A stretch of 64,000 bases of DNA from Spirochaetia bacterium (GTDB taxonomy: Bacteria > Spirochaetota > Spirochaetia > CAKZLE01): the NCBI GenBank assembly GCA_963677595.1, contig OY782041.1:448001-512000 (forward strand), written 5' to 3'. Below, piece by piece: positions 54,805-64,000 of this stretch (the first letter of the stretch is position 1; the number at the start of each line of letters is the position of its first letter). A program made the translations under genes and the position numbers. Below the pieces are notes generated by a model. The model was not told where the DNA came from, did no database searches, and worked only from the letters and a program-made list of their open reading frames with translations.

Positions 54805-55560
54805 ATGAGCCAGCTTGAGATCAGCGGGCTTACCTTCCGGTTCCCGGACGGGACCACGGCCCTCCGGGATATCAGCCTCAAGATCGATGAGGGGGAGTTC
54901 GTAGTCATAACAGGCAAGAACGGGTCGGGCAAGACCATGCTGCTCAGGGTACTCAACGGGCTGATGCGTCCGACCTCGGGCAGCGTCGTGATCAACGGGA
55001 TCTCCGTGACGGAGAACCCCTTCGAGGCACGGAAGCAGCTCGGCCTCGTCTTCCAGCAGTCAGACAACCAGATCGTCGGCCAGACGGTCATGGAGGATAT
55101 AGCCTTCGGGCTTGAGAACATCGGGATGAACCGCGATGAGGTCAAGATCAGGGTCAGGAAGGCTCTTGAGCTCACCAATCTCGAGGAGCATGCCTCCCAG
55201 CGCCCGAGGACCCTCTCCGGGGGCGAGAAGAAACGCCTCGCGATCGCGGGAGTCGCTGCGATGTCCCCTGCGATCATCGCGCTGGACGAGCCCTTCTCCA
55301 ACCTTGACTACCCGGGAGTACTGCAGGTACTCAGGCAGCTCGTGGACCTCCACGAACAGGGACATACCATCCTGCTCGTCACCCATGACCTCGACAAGGT
55401 GCTGGCCCACGCCTCCCGACTGGTCCTGATGGACCAGGGCTCCCTCATAGCCAATGGGAGACCATCCGAGACGATCGGTTCGGCATCCCTGTGCGGGGTA
55501 CGAACACCTGCTGGAACCGATGAGCAGGCGATCAGGACGATGACATGGCTGAACGACTGA
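54805..55560 (+). CDS. ECF transporter ATPase
   Basis: GKNGSGKT, EDIAFG, LSGGEKKR and LDEP motifs. Confidence 0.9.
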   Translation: MSQLEISGLTFRFPDGTTALRDISLKIDEGEFVVITGKNGSGKTMLLRVLNGLMRPTSGSVVINGISVTENPFEARKQLGLVFQQSDNQIVGQTVMEDIAFGLENIGMNRDEVKIRVRKALELTNLEEHASQRPRTLSGGEKKRLAIAGVAAMSPAIIALDEPFSNLDYPGVLQVLRQLVDLHEQGHTILLVTHDLDKVLAHASRLVLMDQGSLIANGRPSETIGSASLCGVRTPAGTDEQAIRTMTWLND

Positions 55561-56267
55561 TCTTCCATTACCATGCACGAAAGACCATAGTCCATGCCCT
55601 GGACCCCCGGGGGAAGATGTTCACGCTCCTTGCGATGACGATCATGCTCCTCAACCTGAAGACCTTCGGGTTCCTCCTGCTCCTCCCCTACCTCTTCCTC
55701 TCGATGGTCGCTGCACGGATGCCGGTACGGGAATACCGGAGGGAGATGCTCTTCTTCCTCATCTTCTCCTGCATGATCCTGCTCATGAGATGGTGGGGTA
55801 CGGGAGACCTGCTGACTGCGGTGACAGCCTCAGGGCGGTTCCTCGCAGTCGTCATCCTCGGGCTGATCCTCGCCGATACCACCAGCCCCAATGAGATGGC
55901 ATTGACCCTCTACTGGCTCATCCGTCCTTTCTCCAGGAAGACCGCTGCCAGCATGGCTGCGAAGCTGAACCTTACCGTCAGCTTCTTCCCCGTGATCTTC
56001 GATGCCTCGAAGGAGATCCAGGAAGCACGCAGGTCCCGGCACGAGGATGCCAGGAGGAAGCCGGTACGCAGGCTGGTCTCCGTGGGGCGACAGCTCTTCG
56101 AGGGCCTCCTCGACAGGGCCGAGGATATTTCCTATGCGCTGGAATCACGATGCTTCGATCCGGAGATCCTGCACGGGACTCTATCCTGGAGATTCCGGGA
56201 CACCGTCTATCTCATCCTCTCCGGCAGCTACCTCATCTTCGTGCTCTACCTGTCCATCATCCCATGA
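55545..56267 (+). CDS. ECF transporter transmembrane T component
   Basis: HALDPRGK, EARRSR and ALESRCF motifs. Confidence 0.85.
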   Translation: MAERLIFHYHARKTIVHALDPRGKMFTLLAMTIMLLNLKTFGFLLLLPYLFLSMVAARMPVREYRREMLFFLIFSCMILLMRWWGTGDLLTAVTASGRFLAVVILGLILADTTSPNEMALTLYWLIRPFSRKTAASMAAKLNLTVSFFPVIFDASKEIQEARRSRHEDARRKPVRRLVSVGRQLFEGLLDRAEDISYALESRCFDPEILHGTLSWRFRDTVYLILSGSYLIFVLYLSIIP

Positions 56268-57084
56268 TCTTCATCGATCCCCGGTAGAGCGACACTTCCG
56301 TCGTGATGATCATAGCCCCTTCCTGCTTGTCGAGATCTCCGGTGATCTTTTCGATACCTTCCACGATCTCATGCTCACGATCCTCAGGGACTAAGGCCAT
56401 GATGGTCTTGCTCTGGTTCTTCCGCTCATTGAAGAAGCCGATGAAGGTAGCGAACAGCGGTATGTTCGATATATAGGCTCCCATACCTGATGACTCGATG
56501 ATCGTAGCCCCGTCGATCCCTTCCTGGATGAAGTACTCGAGGATATGATAGAGGAACTCCTCCAGATAGAGGACCACGTACATCAGCTTCATCTTCCGTT
56601 TCGAGGAGTCCCCGACGGCACTCTGGTCGACCGAACGGAGGAAGGTCTCATAGAGCACACCGGCCGTCTTCGCGGCAAGCAGCTCTTTCTTGACCCTGCC
56701 GGTCATCAGCGTCCGCGAGATGCTCGCCAGGATCTGCACATGCTCGTTCACCTTCTCTGCAGGTCCGATGATGGTGAAGATCAGGTTGACCTTCTTCTTG
56801 TCAAGGGCATCGAATTCCACACCCTGCCGTGACATGGCGATGAACACCACGAACTCATCCAACCCTTCGAGCCGCATGTGGGGGAGCGCGACCCCGTCCC
56901 CGAACCCGGTAGACCCCTCGGCTTCCCGATCCTTGAGACCCTGGTAGATCGCATCGATCCCGAACGACCTGAGCTTCTCATGCCTCACCGCGAGGGCAGC
57001 CAGTTCATGAAGGACATCCTGTTTTGTCCTGGAGGTGAGCGATACGCTGCAGCAGTCCTTATCTATGATCGTAAACAGTTCCAT
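56257..57084 (-). CDS. PTS EIIA domain fused to a P-II-like domain
   Basis: REAEGSTGFGDGVALPH (EIIA phospho-His); C-terminal GATIIESSGMG..PLF..KTI GlnB-like region. Confidence 0.75.
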   Translation of the reverse strand: MELFTIIDKDCCSVSLTSRTKQDVLHELAALAVRHEKLRSFGIDAIYQGLKDREAEGSTGFGDGVALPHMRLEGLDEFVVFIAMSRQGVEFDALDKKKVNLIFTIIGPAEKVNEHVQILASISRTLMTGRVKKELLAAKTAGVLYETFLRSVDQSAVGDSSKRKMKLMYVVLYLEEFLYHILEYFIQEGIDGATIIESSGMGAYISNIPLFATFIGFFNERKNQSKTIMALVPEDREHEIVEGIEKITGDLDKQEGAMIITTEVSLYRGSMKIMG

Positions 57085-58328
57085 TAGTCTTCCTCCATTG
57101 CTTTTACTAACGCTGCCCTGGCAAGGGACGGGCCGATCAGTTCATTCACGAACACCGACAGCAGCACGATATTCACCATCTGCGAGATCATCTCCTCATA
57201 CAAGTGCGCCAGGCCTGAGATCATCGGGGAGGCCTGGATCAGGAGGACCAGCCCGATGGCGACCCCGGCCTGGGGGATCATGCAGAGACCGAGCTGCGTC
57301 TTCACGCAGCCGGTCAGGCCTGAGATCTTAGCCCCGAGCCTCACCCCGCTGTATTTTGCCGCCGCCCGCATGATGATGAAGGCGAAGCCCACGATCAGGA
57401 TCTCACGGTTGAGCAGGACATGCGGGTTGAGTTCCGTTCCCGCGATGACGAAGAAGAGTGCGTATATAGGCGGGGTCAGCGGCTCGATCGAACGGAAGAT
57501 CCTGTGGTTCCTCGGGGATGCATTGATCAGGAGTGTACCTGCCGCCATATTGGACATGAGCGGGGAGAGATTGAGGATGATCGCCAATGCTGTCTCGATG
57601 AAAATGATCCCCAGGGTGATCAGGAGGATCTCGTTGGTGCCGTTCTTCCTTCGGGTCATCATATGGATCACCCAACCGGCAAACGCCCCGATGAGGAGGG
57701 AGAACCCGATCTCCTCGAATGCGTGGAGGATCAGGTGCCCTGCGCCATGGGCCTCCGGGTTGAGCATCCCGATAGCCAGGGCGAACACGACCCCGAAGAT
57801 GGCAACACAGCCGGCGTCATCGAGGGCGACGAGTCCGTAGAGGTAGTCCACGAACCTCCCGTGAGCCCGGAGTTTCTGTACGATCGCAACGGTGGCGGCA
57901 GGGGCCGTTGCCGTGGAGATCGCCCCGAGCAGCAGGGCAAAAGGAAGGTCGATCCCAAAGAGGGCCATCGTGACAGATACGACGGCGAAAGCCAATCCCA
58001 CCTGGAAGATCGTCATGATCACGATCTCCCTACCCATGCGCTTGAGCTTTGCGGAGTAGAACTCACCCCCGATCGTCAGGGCGATCAGGCCGAGTGCCAC
58101 GTCCGTCACGAACTTGAGGGATTCTCCCATCTCATGATGGACGAGGCCGGTGACGGCGTCCCCCATGATCAGGCCGGCGAAGATATAGCCGGTAATCTCC
58201 GGCAGCCGTATCTTCGTCACCAGTTTTCCCATGACGTAGCCGAAGAACATCAGGAGACCGACCGTGAAGAGCCCGCTATGGTTCACGACATCACGGAATG
58301 CTATCAGTTCAGTTGTAATAAGGTTCAT
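57084..58328 (-). CDS. Cation:proton antiporter (CPA family)
   Basis: LPEITGY, ATAPAAT, VALDD, PQAGVAIGL and ELIGP motifs. Confidence 0.88.
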   Translation of the reverse strand: MNLITTELIAFRDVVNHSGLFTVGLLMFFGYVMGKLVTKIRLPEITGYIFAGLIMGDAVTGLVHHEMGESLKFVTDVALGLIALTIGGEFYSAKLKRMGREIVIMTIFQVGLAFAVVSVTMALFGIDLPFALLLGAISTATAPAATVAIVQKLRAHGRFVDYLYGLVALDDAGCVAIFGVVFALAIGMLNPEAHGAGHLILHAFEEIGFSLLIGAFAGWVIHMMTRRKNGTNEILLITLGIIFIETALAIILNLSPLMSNMAAGTLLINASPRNHRIFRSIEPLTPPIYALFFVIAGTELNPHVLLNREILIVGFAFIIMRAAAKYSGVRLGAKISGLTGCVKTQLGLCMIPQAGVAIGLVLLIQASPMISGLAHLYEEMISQMVNIVLLSVFVNELIGPSLARAALVKAMEED

Positions 58329-58409
58329 AGCTCATTGTACCGGCAAGATGAGGAGTTTTCAATCAGTAATGTAGAGACATTCACAGTTCATCAGTATATA
58401 CTCCATGCC

Positions 58410-59330
58410 ATGGATAATAAGCTACTGTTCCCGTTACTCGCAGTCATCACCGGAACCCTCATCACAATCATGGTGCAGTTCAACACCCTGCTGGCAGATG
58501 TGGTTGGGCTCGTCTTCTCTACCTTCGTCATACAGCTGGCAGGCCTGCTGCTCTCAGTCGTCGTCATATGGGTCTCGGCCCCCCCGAAGGGGCAGCCGGT
58601 CAACCCTCTCCTGCGTCTCGGCGGGATCCTCGGGGTCGGCATGATCCTCATCAACATCCTCTGCTTCCAGAACATCGGGGCCTCACTTACCCTGGCCGTT
58701 TCGCTGCTTGGCAGAACCCTCACCTCCCTTGCTTATGACCTGACGGGGTTCATGGGCATGACGAAGTACCCTCTTGAGAAGAAGAAGATCGCCGGGCTTG
58801 CCGCAAGCATCCTCGGCATCCTCCTGATGGCAGGGAGGGTGACGGATGCCAGCGGCTATATGCTTCTGGCATTCCTGGGGGGTTCCATCCTGGCCACACA
58901 GCTGATCATCAATGCGAGATTAGCCCTGAAGATCGGCCTGAAGCGCTCCACGCGGAACAACTTCATCGTGACTGCAGCCTGTTCCCTCATCCTGGTCATC
59001 TTCCTGAAGATAGATATGGCTGCAGGTTTCCGTGCACTGCTCTCGGTATCCATGTTCCATGCACTCGGTTCGGGGTGGCTTGGCGTCATCGTCGTCCTGC
59101 TCTCCAGCTGGATTATCCCCAAGATCCCGACGGTCTACAGTTCCCTGCTCCTCTTCTCGGGCCAGTTCCTCTCAGCACTGATCATTGATGCCGTCCGTTT
59201 CGGGTCGGTATCAGCAGGGCAGCTGGGCGGGGTTCTCCTCATCCTGGCAGGGATGCTGTGGAATATACGGGTGGATCTGATCGGGGTCAAGCAGAAGGAA
59301 GGACTCCAGCAGCAGCCTGCCCAAGAGTAA
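58410..59330 (+). CDS. DMT (YdcZ-type) transporter, paralog 1
   Basis: Two YdcZ-like repeats; start reassigned to ATG 58410. Confidence 0.8.
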   Translation: MDNKLLFPLLAVITGTLITIMVQFNTLLADVVGLVFSTFVIQLAGLLLSVVVIWVSAPPKGQPVNPLLRLGGILGVGMILINILCFQNIGASLTLAVSLLGRTLTSLAYDLTGFMGMTKYPLEKKKIAGLAASILGILLMAGRVTDASGYMLLAFLGGSILATQLIINARLALKIGLKRSTRNNFIVTAACSLILVIFLKIDMAAGFRALLSVSMFHALGSGWLGVIVVLLSSWIIPKIPTVYSSLLLFSGQFLSALIIDAVRFGSVSAGQLGGVLLILAGMLWNIRVDLIGVKQKEGLQQQPAQE

Positions 59331-59457
59331 CGACAGCCCTGTCACCAGGGCTGCCCGGCATATAGTGGAGGGTGTGATGATCATGTTCGCACAGCACCCG
59401 GGTATTACACTGGAAGCTGGTGACAGATACAGGTTAAAAGGGATATACTGATTCCCT

Positions 59458-60390
59458 ATGGATAGACGAATCGGGTTTCCGGTCATGGCAATACTTACCG
59501 GGACCCTCATCACGGTCATGATACAGTTCAATACCCTCCTCGGGGGAGCGGTAGGTCTCTTCTTCTCCATCCTGGTCATCCAGCTCTCAGGGCTGGTGCT
59601 CGCTGAGCTTGTCATCCTCATCCTGAGACCAGAGAGAGGTGAACCGGTCAGTCCATGGCTCAGGATGAGGGGACTCATCGGTGTTGCCATGGTCCTCTCT
59701 AACACCCTCTGCTTCCAGCAGCTCGGGGCATCGCTGACCCTTTCCGCGGTGATCCTCGGGCAGTCGACAACCTCACTGGCCTATGACCTGACAGGGTTTC
59801 TCGGGCTGACGAGGTATCGGTTCAACAGGGAGAAGATCATCGGTTTCGCCCTGAGCCTGGCGGGCATACTCCTGATGGCAGGGAGGATGACAGAGCACTG
59901 GACCTTCATCCTCCTCGCACTCTTCACCGGGACCCTCACGATCACCCAGATGGTCATCAACGCCAGACTCGCCGGCAGGATCGGGCTGATGCGGGCGACC
60001 CGCAACAACTTCATCTGGGCAACCGGGTTGTGCATCCTCTTATGCCTGGCACTGGGCATACCCCTGACGGACGGGTTCCGTTCCCTCAAGGATGTCCCCC
60101 TGCACTACAGCCTTGGCGGCGGCTGGCTCGGGGTCATAGCCGTAGCCTTGAGCAGCTGGATCGTCCCGAAGATACCGACAGTCTACAGCTCACTGCTCCT
60201 ATTCTCAGGGCAGATCACCATGGCACTGATCCTTGACGCGTTCAGGTTCGGCTCAGTATCGATCGGGCAGCTCGGGGGCGTTCTGCTCATACTGGCAGGG
60301 ATGCTGTGGAATATACGGGTGGATGTGAAGAAGGCTGCTAACGGATCCGGTAGCGGGGAGGAGTTTCAGCAGCAGTCTCCTCAAGAGTGA
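59458..60390 (+). CDS. DMT (YdcZ-type) transporter, paralog 2
   Basis: Homologous to 58410-59330 (TGTLIT, PKIPTVYSSLLLFSGQ, GMLWNIRVD shared). Confidence 0.8.
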   Translation: MDRRIGFPVMAILTGTLITVMIQFNTLLGGAVGLFFSILVIQLSGLVLAELVILILRPERGEPVSPWLRMRGLIGVAMVLSNTLCFQQLGASLTLSAVILGQSTTSLAYDLTGFLGLTRYRFNREKIIGFALSLAGILLMAGRMTEHWTFILLALFTGTLTITQMVINARLAGRIGLMRATRNNFIWATGLCILLCLALGIPLTDGFRSLKDVPLHYSLGGGWLGVIAVALSSWIVPKIPTVYSSLLLFSGQITMALILDAFRFGSVSIGQLGGVLLILAGMLWNIRVDVKKAANGSGSGEEFQQQSPQE

Positions 60391-61228
60391 TGAACCCCTC
60401 GTCCACCAGGGCTTGCAGGCACTGCTCGATACGCTCACAGGGAAATGAGAGGGTATCGAGGATGGTCTGCCGGGATACCGGGCCACGCTCGGTGAAGATA
60501 GTGAGGAGCTCTCCCCTGATCTGGCGGTTCGAGTTCTCGAATGCACCCTGCTTCGTGTAGTGTGCACTCCTCCTGTTGGGGTTCGGGACCATCCGCTTGA
60601 GGAATACCCCGTAATCCATGAAGGCGTAGTACCAGTTCTTCGGGTCCTCCCGGTCGAGTACCTTCTCGAGCAGTCCGTAGAGTTCACGGTCCCGTACATT
60701 CTCTACCCCGTCGAAGAAGAAGTAGAGCAGGACACGGCGGATGTTGGTCTCAAGATAGAGGGACGGCATCCCGTAGGCGAATGCCAGTATGGCTGCGGAG
60801 GTTGCCGGGCCGACCATGGGAAGCTCAAGGAGCAGCTTCCCGTCTGCCGGCAGCGTCCCGTTGTACCGCTCAGCCGATATTTCAGCGATCTTCTTGAGGG
60901 CTAAGGCGCGTCGGTTGTAGCCGAGGCCCTTCCACCGTGAGAGGATCTCAGTCAGGGAAGCCGCTGCAAGGTCAGTGAGTGTCGGCCAATGCGTGAGGAA
61001 CTCCTCGTACTTCGGCAGCACCCGTTCGGTCTGTGTCTGCTGGAGCATCATCTCCGAGAGGAGGATATGGTAGGGATCCGAGCTCTCCCGCCAGGGGAAA
61101 GCCCGTTCATGTTCATGGTAATAGTCATAGATGATCGTACGGAACAGCTGTAGGGCTTCAGGCGAACCGGCCGCACCGGCAGGGAACGGCGGGGGGAGCC
61201 GGTCGAAGAGATCGCTGCCGCACCCCAT
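60338..61228 (-). CDS. mutY: A/G-specific adenine glycosylase, short form without Fe-S cluster
   Basis: FPWR, SEMMLQQTQ, WKGLGYNRRA, HhH LPMVGPATS and MDYG motifs. Confidence 0.82.
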   Translation of the reverse strand: MGCGSDLFDRLPPPFPAGAAGSPEALQLFRTIIYDYYHEHERAFPWRESSDPYHILLSEMMLQQTQTERVLPKYEEFLTHWPTLTDLAAASLTEILSRWKGLGYNRRALALKKIAEISAERYNGTLPADGKLLLELPMVGPATSAAILAFAYGMPSLYLETNIRRVLLYFFFDGVENVRDRELYGLLEKVLDREDPKNWYYAFMDYGVFLKRMVPNPNRRSAHYTKQGAFENSNRQIRGELLTIFTERGPVSRQTILDTLSFPCERIEQCLQALVDEGFITLEETAAETPPRYRIR

Positions 61229-62277
61229 CATTGCCTGCTCTTCTTCACCTTCTCAGCCTTCCTGCTGATCGAGTTCCAGACACCTGAGAGGCCCATGGCC
61301 TTCTTCATCATCTTGACTGTCTCCCGTGCCTCTGCACGCATCTTCTGCGTCCCGTCGAAGATGACTTCGTCAACCAGCCCTGAGACATTCTCAAATTCCG
61401 CACGCTTCTCCCGGATGGGGTCGAGCATGGTATTGATAGCGTTCGCGAGCTTCGTCTTGACCTCGACATCACCGACACGACCCTCTCGGTAGCGGGTCTT
61501 GAGGTCCTCGACCTCAGCCTTGTCGGGATTGAACACATCATGGTAGATGAAGACAGGATTGCCCTCGACGGTCCCGGGGATATCGGCGCGGATACGGTTC
61601 GGGTCGGTATACATACCGTTCACCTTCTTGGTCACCGTCTTCGCGTCATCGGAGATGTAGATGCAGTTGTTCAGGGACTTGGACATCTTCGCGTTCCCAT
61701 CGGTACCCACGAGGGACCCGACCTCCCCGACGAGGACATCGGGGACGGGGAAGACATCCCCGTAGAGGTAGTTGAACTTCCTCGCGATCTCACGGGTGAG
61801 CTCGACATGGGATTCGTTATCCTTTCCGACAGGGACAAGGTGGGCTCTCGGCATAAGGATGTCGGCAGCCTGGAGCACCGGGTACCCGAGCAGCCCGAAG
61901 GGCATCTCGTTGAGGTGTGCCGACTTCGCCATGTCCTTGAGGCTTGGGATCCGCTGCAGCCTCGGCACCGATACCATCATCTCGAAGAGCAGGTTCATCT
62001 CATAGATCTCTGGGACAGCTGACTGGAGGTAGATGACCGACTTCTGCGGGTCGATCCCGCAGGAGAGGTAATCGAGCACCATCGCCCGGGCGTTGCCTGC
62101 CAGCTCCGCGATACTCTCCTTCTGGGGTTTCGTCGTCAGGGTGTGCAGGTCCGCTATGATGAAGAAGCACTCATACTCATGCTGAAGGCGGACCCGGTTC
62201 TGCAGTGAGCCGAGATAGTGTCCAAGATGCAGTTTCCCGGTAGGTCTGTCACCGGTCAATATTCGTTTACGTTCCAT
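61228..62277 (-). CDS. trpS: Tryptophan--tRNA ligase
   Basis: [22 protein letters not shown] and KMSKS motifs. Confidence 0.96.
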   Translation of the reverse strand: MERKRILTGDRPTGKLHLGHYLGSLQNRVRLQHEYECFFIIADLHTLTTKPQKESIAELAGNARAMVLDYLSCGIDPQKSVIYLQSAVPEIYEMNLLFEMMVSVPRLQRIPSLKDMAKSAHLNEMPFGLLGYPVLQAADILMPRAHLVPVGKDNESHVELTREIARKFNYLYGDVFPVPDVLVGEVGSLVGTDGNAKMSKSLNNCIYISDDAKTVTKKVNGMYTDPNRIRADIPGTVEGNPVFIYHDVFNPDKAEVEDLKTRYREGRVGDVEVKTKLANAINTMLDPIREKRAEFENVSGLVDEVIFDGTQKMRAEARETVKMMKKAMGLSGVWNSISRKAEKVKKSRQ

Positions 62278-62379
62278 GATTAGTCCTCTTGTATCTGATG
62301 AGATGGTGATCTCGCAGGTGTATTGTTGTTTCAGATGAGTATAGTCCCAGAAGGGTTTTTTATCTACCCCCTCCTGGGT

Positions 62380-63528
62380 TCAATCATCGACGCCCGGGCT
62401 CGGGTGCCGCTTGTTCCGCCGGGCAAGCCGCTCGCGGGCATACCGCTCCTTACGCTTCTGTTCCGCGATCTCTATCTGCTTGCGGTACTGCTTGCCGCTG
62501 CTCAGGAGCACGGCGATCGGTTTGAGCTCCTTGACGTTGGCACAGAAGATCTGCATGGCGGCAGTCATGGGAACGGCGAGGAACATCCCGGCGATCCCCC
62601 AGATGTAGCCCCAGAGAGCCAGGGAGACGAGGATGATGAAGGGACTCAGGTTGAGCTGGTTGCCCTGCACCCTTGGGTCGAGGATGTTCCCGAGGACGAT
62701 CTGGATCGAGGCCATGAGTACAGCCACATAGAGGACTGAAGCATAGTCAGGGTAGTACTGCACGATCGCGAGGAGGATCGTGGTGAGGGTGACGATGATC
62801 GACCCGATGGTCGGGATGAAGTTCATGACGAAGGCAAGGACGCCGATGATGAAGGCGAAATCGAGCCTGGTCGCTACCGCCGCAAGGTAGAAGAGCACCC
62901 CGGTACTGATACTGATCAGGGACTTGATCGTGAGGTATTTCGAGATCTGCCGGTTGATGCGCTCGAACATGACGGCGAGCCGTACCCAGCCATGGTTCGG
63001 CATGGCGATCTTGAGCTTCGGGATCAGGGACTGGCGTTCAAGCAGCAGGAAGAGGACGAAGATGAAGACCAGGAACGCATAGGAGAATATGTTCACCGCC
63101 TGCCCGGACAGGTCGGAGAGGACGGTCAGGAAGACACCCTGCCAGTTCACCGAGAGCGACTCGATGAAGCTTATATCGGTGGAGAGGTTCAACAGGTTGG
63201 TCAGGGATGAGTCGACCCTCTGGATGAGCATCGAGATCCTTGCCGCGTAGACCGGCAGCTCGAGGATGAGGGTGTTCACGGCATAGGAGACGAAGAAGAT
63301 CATGGCGAGGAATACGAGGACGAGGAGGATCATCGCCAGGCAGATCGCGAGCCACCTGGGGAAGCGCATCTTCTCGAGCCTGTTCACGAAGGGGTTCAGG
63401 ATGAAGAAGCAGAAGACCGAGATTACGAGCGGCAGCGTCACCGAGACGGCAAGTTTCAGGACCAGTCCGATGGCTATGGCAGCTACGATGTATACTAACG
63501 ATTTGAGTGATCTTTCGTATAGTCCCAT
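62380..63528 (-). CDS. AI-2E family transporter
   Basis: NFIPTIGS, LNLSP and WGYIWGIAGMFLAVP motifs; start at ATG 63528 or 63558. Confidence 0.88.
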   Translation of the reverse strand: MGLYERSLKSLVYIVAAIAIGLVLKLAVSVTLPLVISVFCFFILNPFVNRLEKMRFPRWLAICLAMILLVLVFLAMIFFVSYAVNTLILELPVYAARISMLIQRVDSSLTNLLNLSTDISFIESLSVNWQGVFLTVLSDLSGQAVNIFSYAFLVFIFVLFLLLERQSLIPKLKIAMPNHGWVRLAVMFERINRQISKYLTIKSLISISTGVLFYLAAVATRLDFAFIIGVLAFVMNFIPTIGSIIVTLTTILLAIVQYYPDYASVLYVAVLMASIQIVLGNILDPRVQGNQLNLSPFIILVSLALWGYIWGIAGMFLAVPMTAAMQIFCANVKELKPIAVLLSSGKQYRKQIEIAEQKRKERYARERLARRNKRHPSPGVDD

Positions 63529-63583
63529 GAATTCACTATAATCCACCTTGGAAAACATGGCAATATCTGATAACTATACAGGT

Positions 63584-64000
63584 ATGAAAAGTTCTTCCAA
63601 ACGGCTTGACAGGATACAGATCGTCCTCGTGGAGACCCAGGATGCCGCGAATATCGGGGCTGTCTGCAGGGCTATGAAGACCATGGGCATATCGAGGCTC
63701 GCCATCGTCAGCGGGGAATCCTACGATATAGACCGGATCAAGACACTCAGCCTCCATGCCTATGACCTCTACGAGAACCACCGCAGGTTCGACACGCTCG
63801 AGGAGGCCCTGAAGGACAGCACCCTCTCAGCAGGTGCTACCCGCAGGAGGGGGAAGTTCCGGAAGTACTTCTCCCTCTACCCGGAACAGTTCGCGCAGAA
63901 GGTAGAGGAATCAGGTTCTGAAGGCCTGGTATCGATCGTCTTCGGGAGGGAGTCAAGCGGGCTGTCTGACGAGGAACTCGCTGCCTGCGACCTGGCGCTG
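63584..64000 (+). CDS. trmJ: TrmJ/TrmH-family (SPOUT) RNA methyltransferase, partial
   Basis: Manual translation IQIVLVETQDAANIGAVCRAMKTMG...VFGRESSGLSDEELAACD; runs off window. Confidence 0.85.
   Translation, partial: MKSSSKRLDRIQIVLVETQDAANIGAVCRAMKTMGISRLAIVSGESYDIDRIKTLSLHAYDLYENHRRFDTLEEALKDSTLSAGATRRRGKFRKYFSLYPEQFAQKVEESGSEGLVSIVFGRESSGLSDEELAACDLAL

Noticed and set aside
57420-58409. N-terminal extension making a 636-aa ORF
   Set aside because: Antisense shadow of the antiporter gene; the paralog alignment places the start at 58410.
62278-62379. T-box leader for trpS
   Set aside because: Region is only about 100 bp and lacks the AGGGTGGNACCGCG motif.

Overview
About 58% GC bacterial chromosome window, probably from a free-living anaerobic spirochaete (an inference from gene content and lipoprotein/beta-barrel types). 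It holds about 55 genes, mostly housekeeping: gltBD, kbl/tdh, a GH2 beta-galactosidase, msrBA, trpS, biotin ECF transporter, mtaD-mtnA-lyase and several transporters. It is rich in DNA repair genes (SRAP-umuDC, sbcB, SMUG1, Fe-S-less MutY). The most striking feature is a 2158-bp IS1634-family element (45397-47554) flanked by an apparently identical 577-bp direct repeat, which truncates a PIG-L deacetylase gene and regenerates an intact copy downstream; the element has a left-end terminator, its own promoter and a G-U-rich hairpin at the right end. Other notable signals: a perfect 28-bp palindrome over the umuD promoter and start codon, about 11 apparently leaderless genes, a 5'-nucleotidase-like lipoprotein lacking most metal ligands, a locus of two TraF-like beta-barrels around an acidic lipoprotein, an orphan Ntox23-like exported protein and an EIIA-PII fusion next to an antiporter. 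No rRNA, tRNA or CRISPR array was recognised. All calls are by eye; no searches were run.
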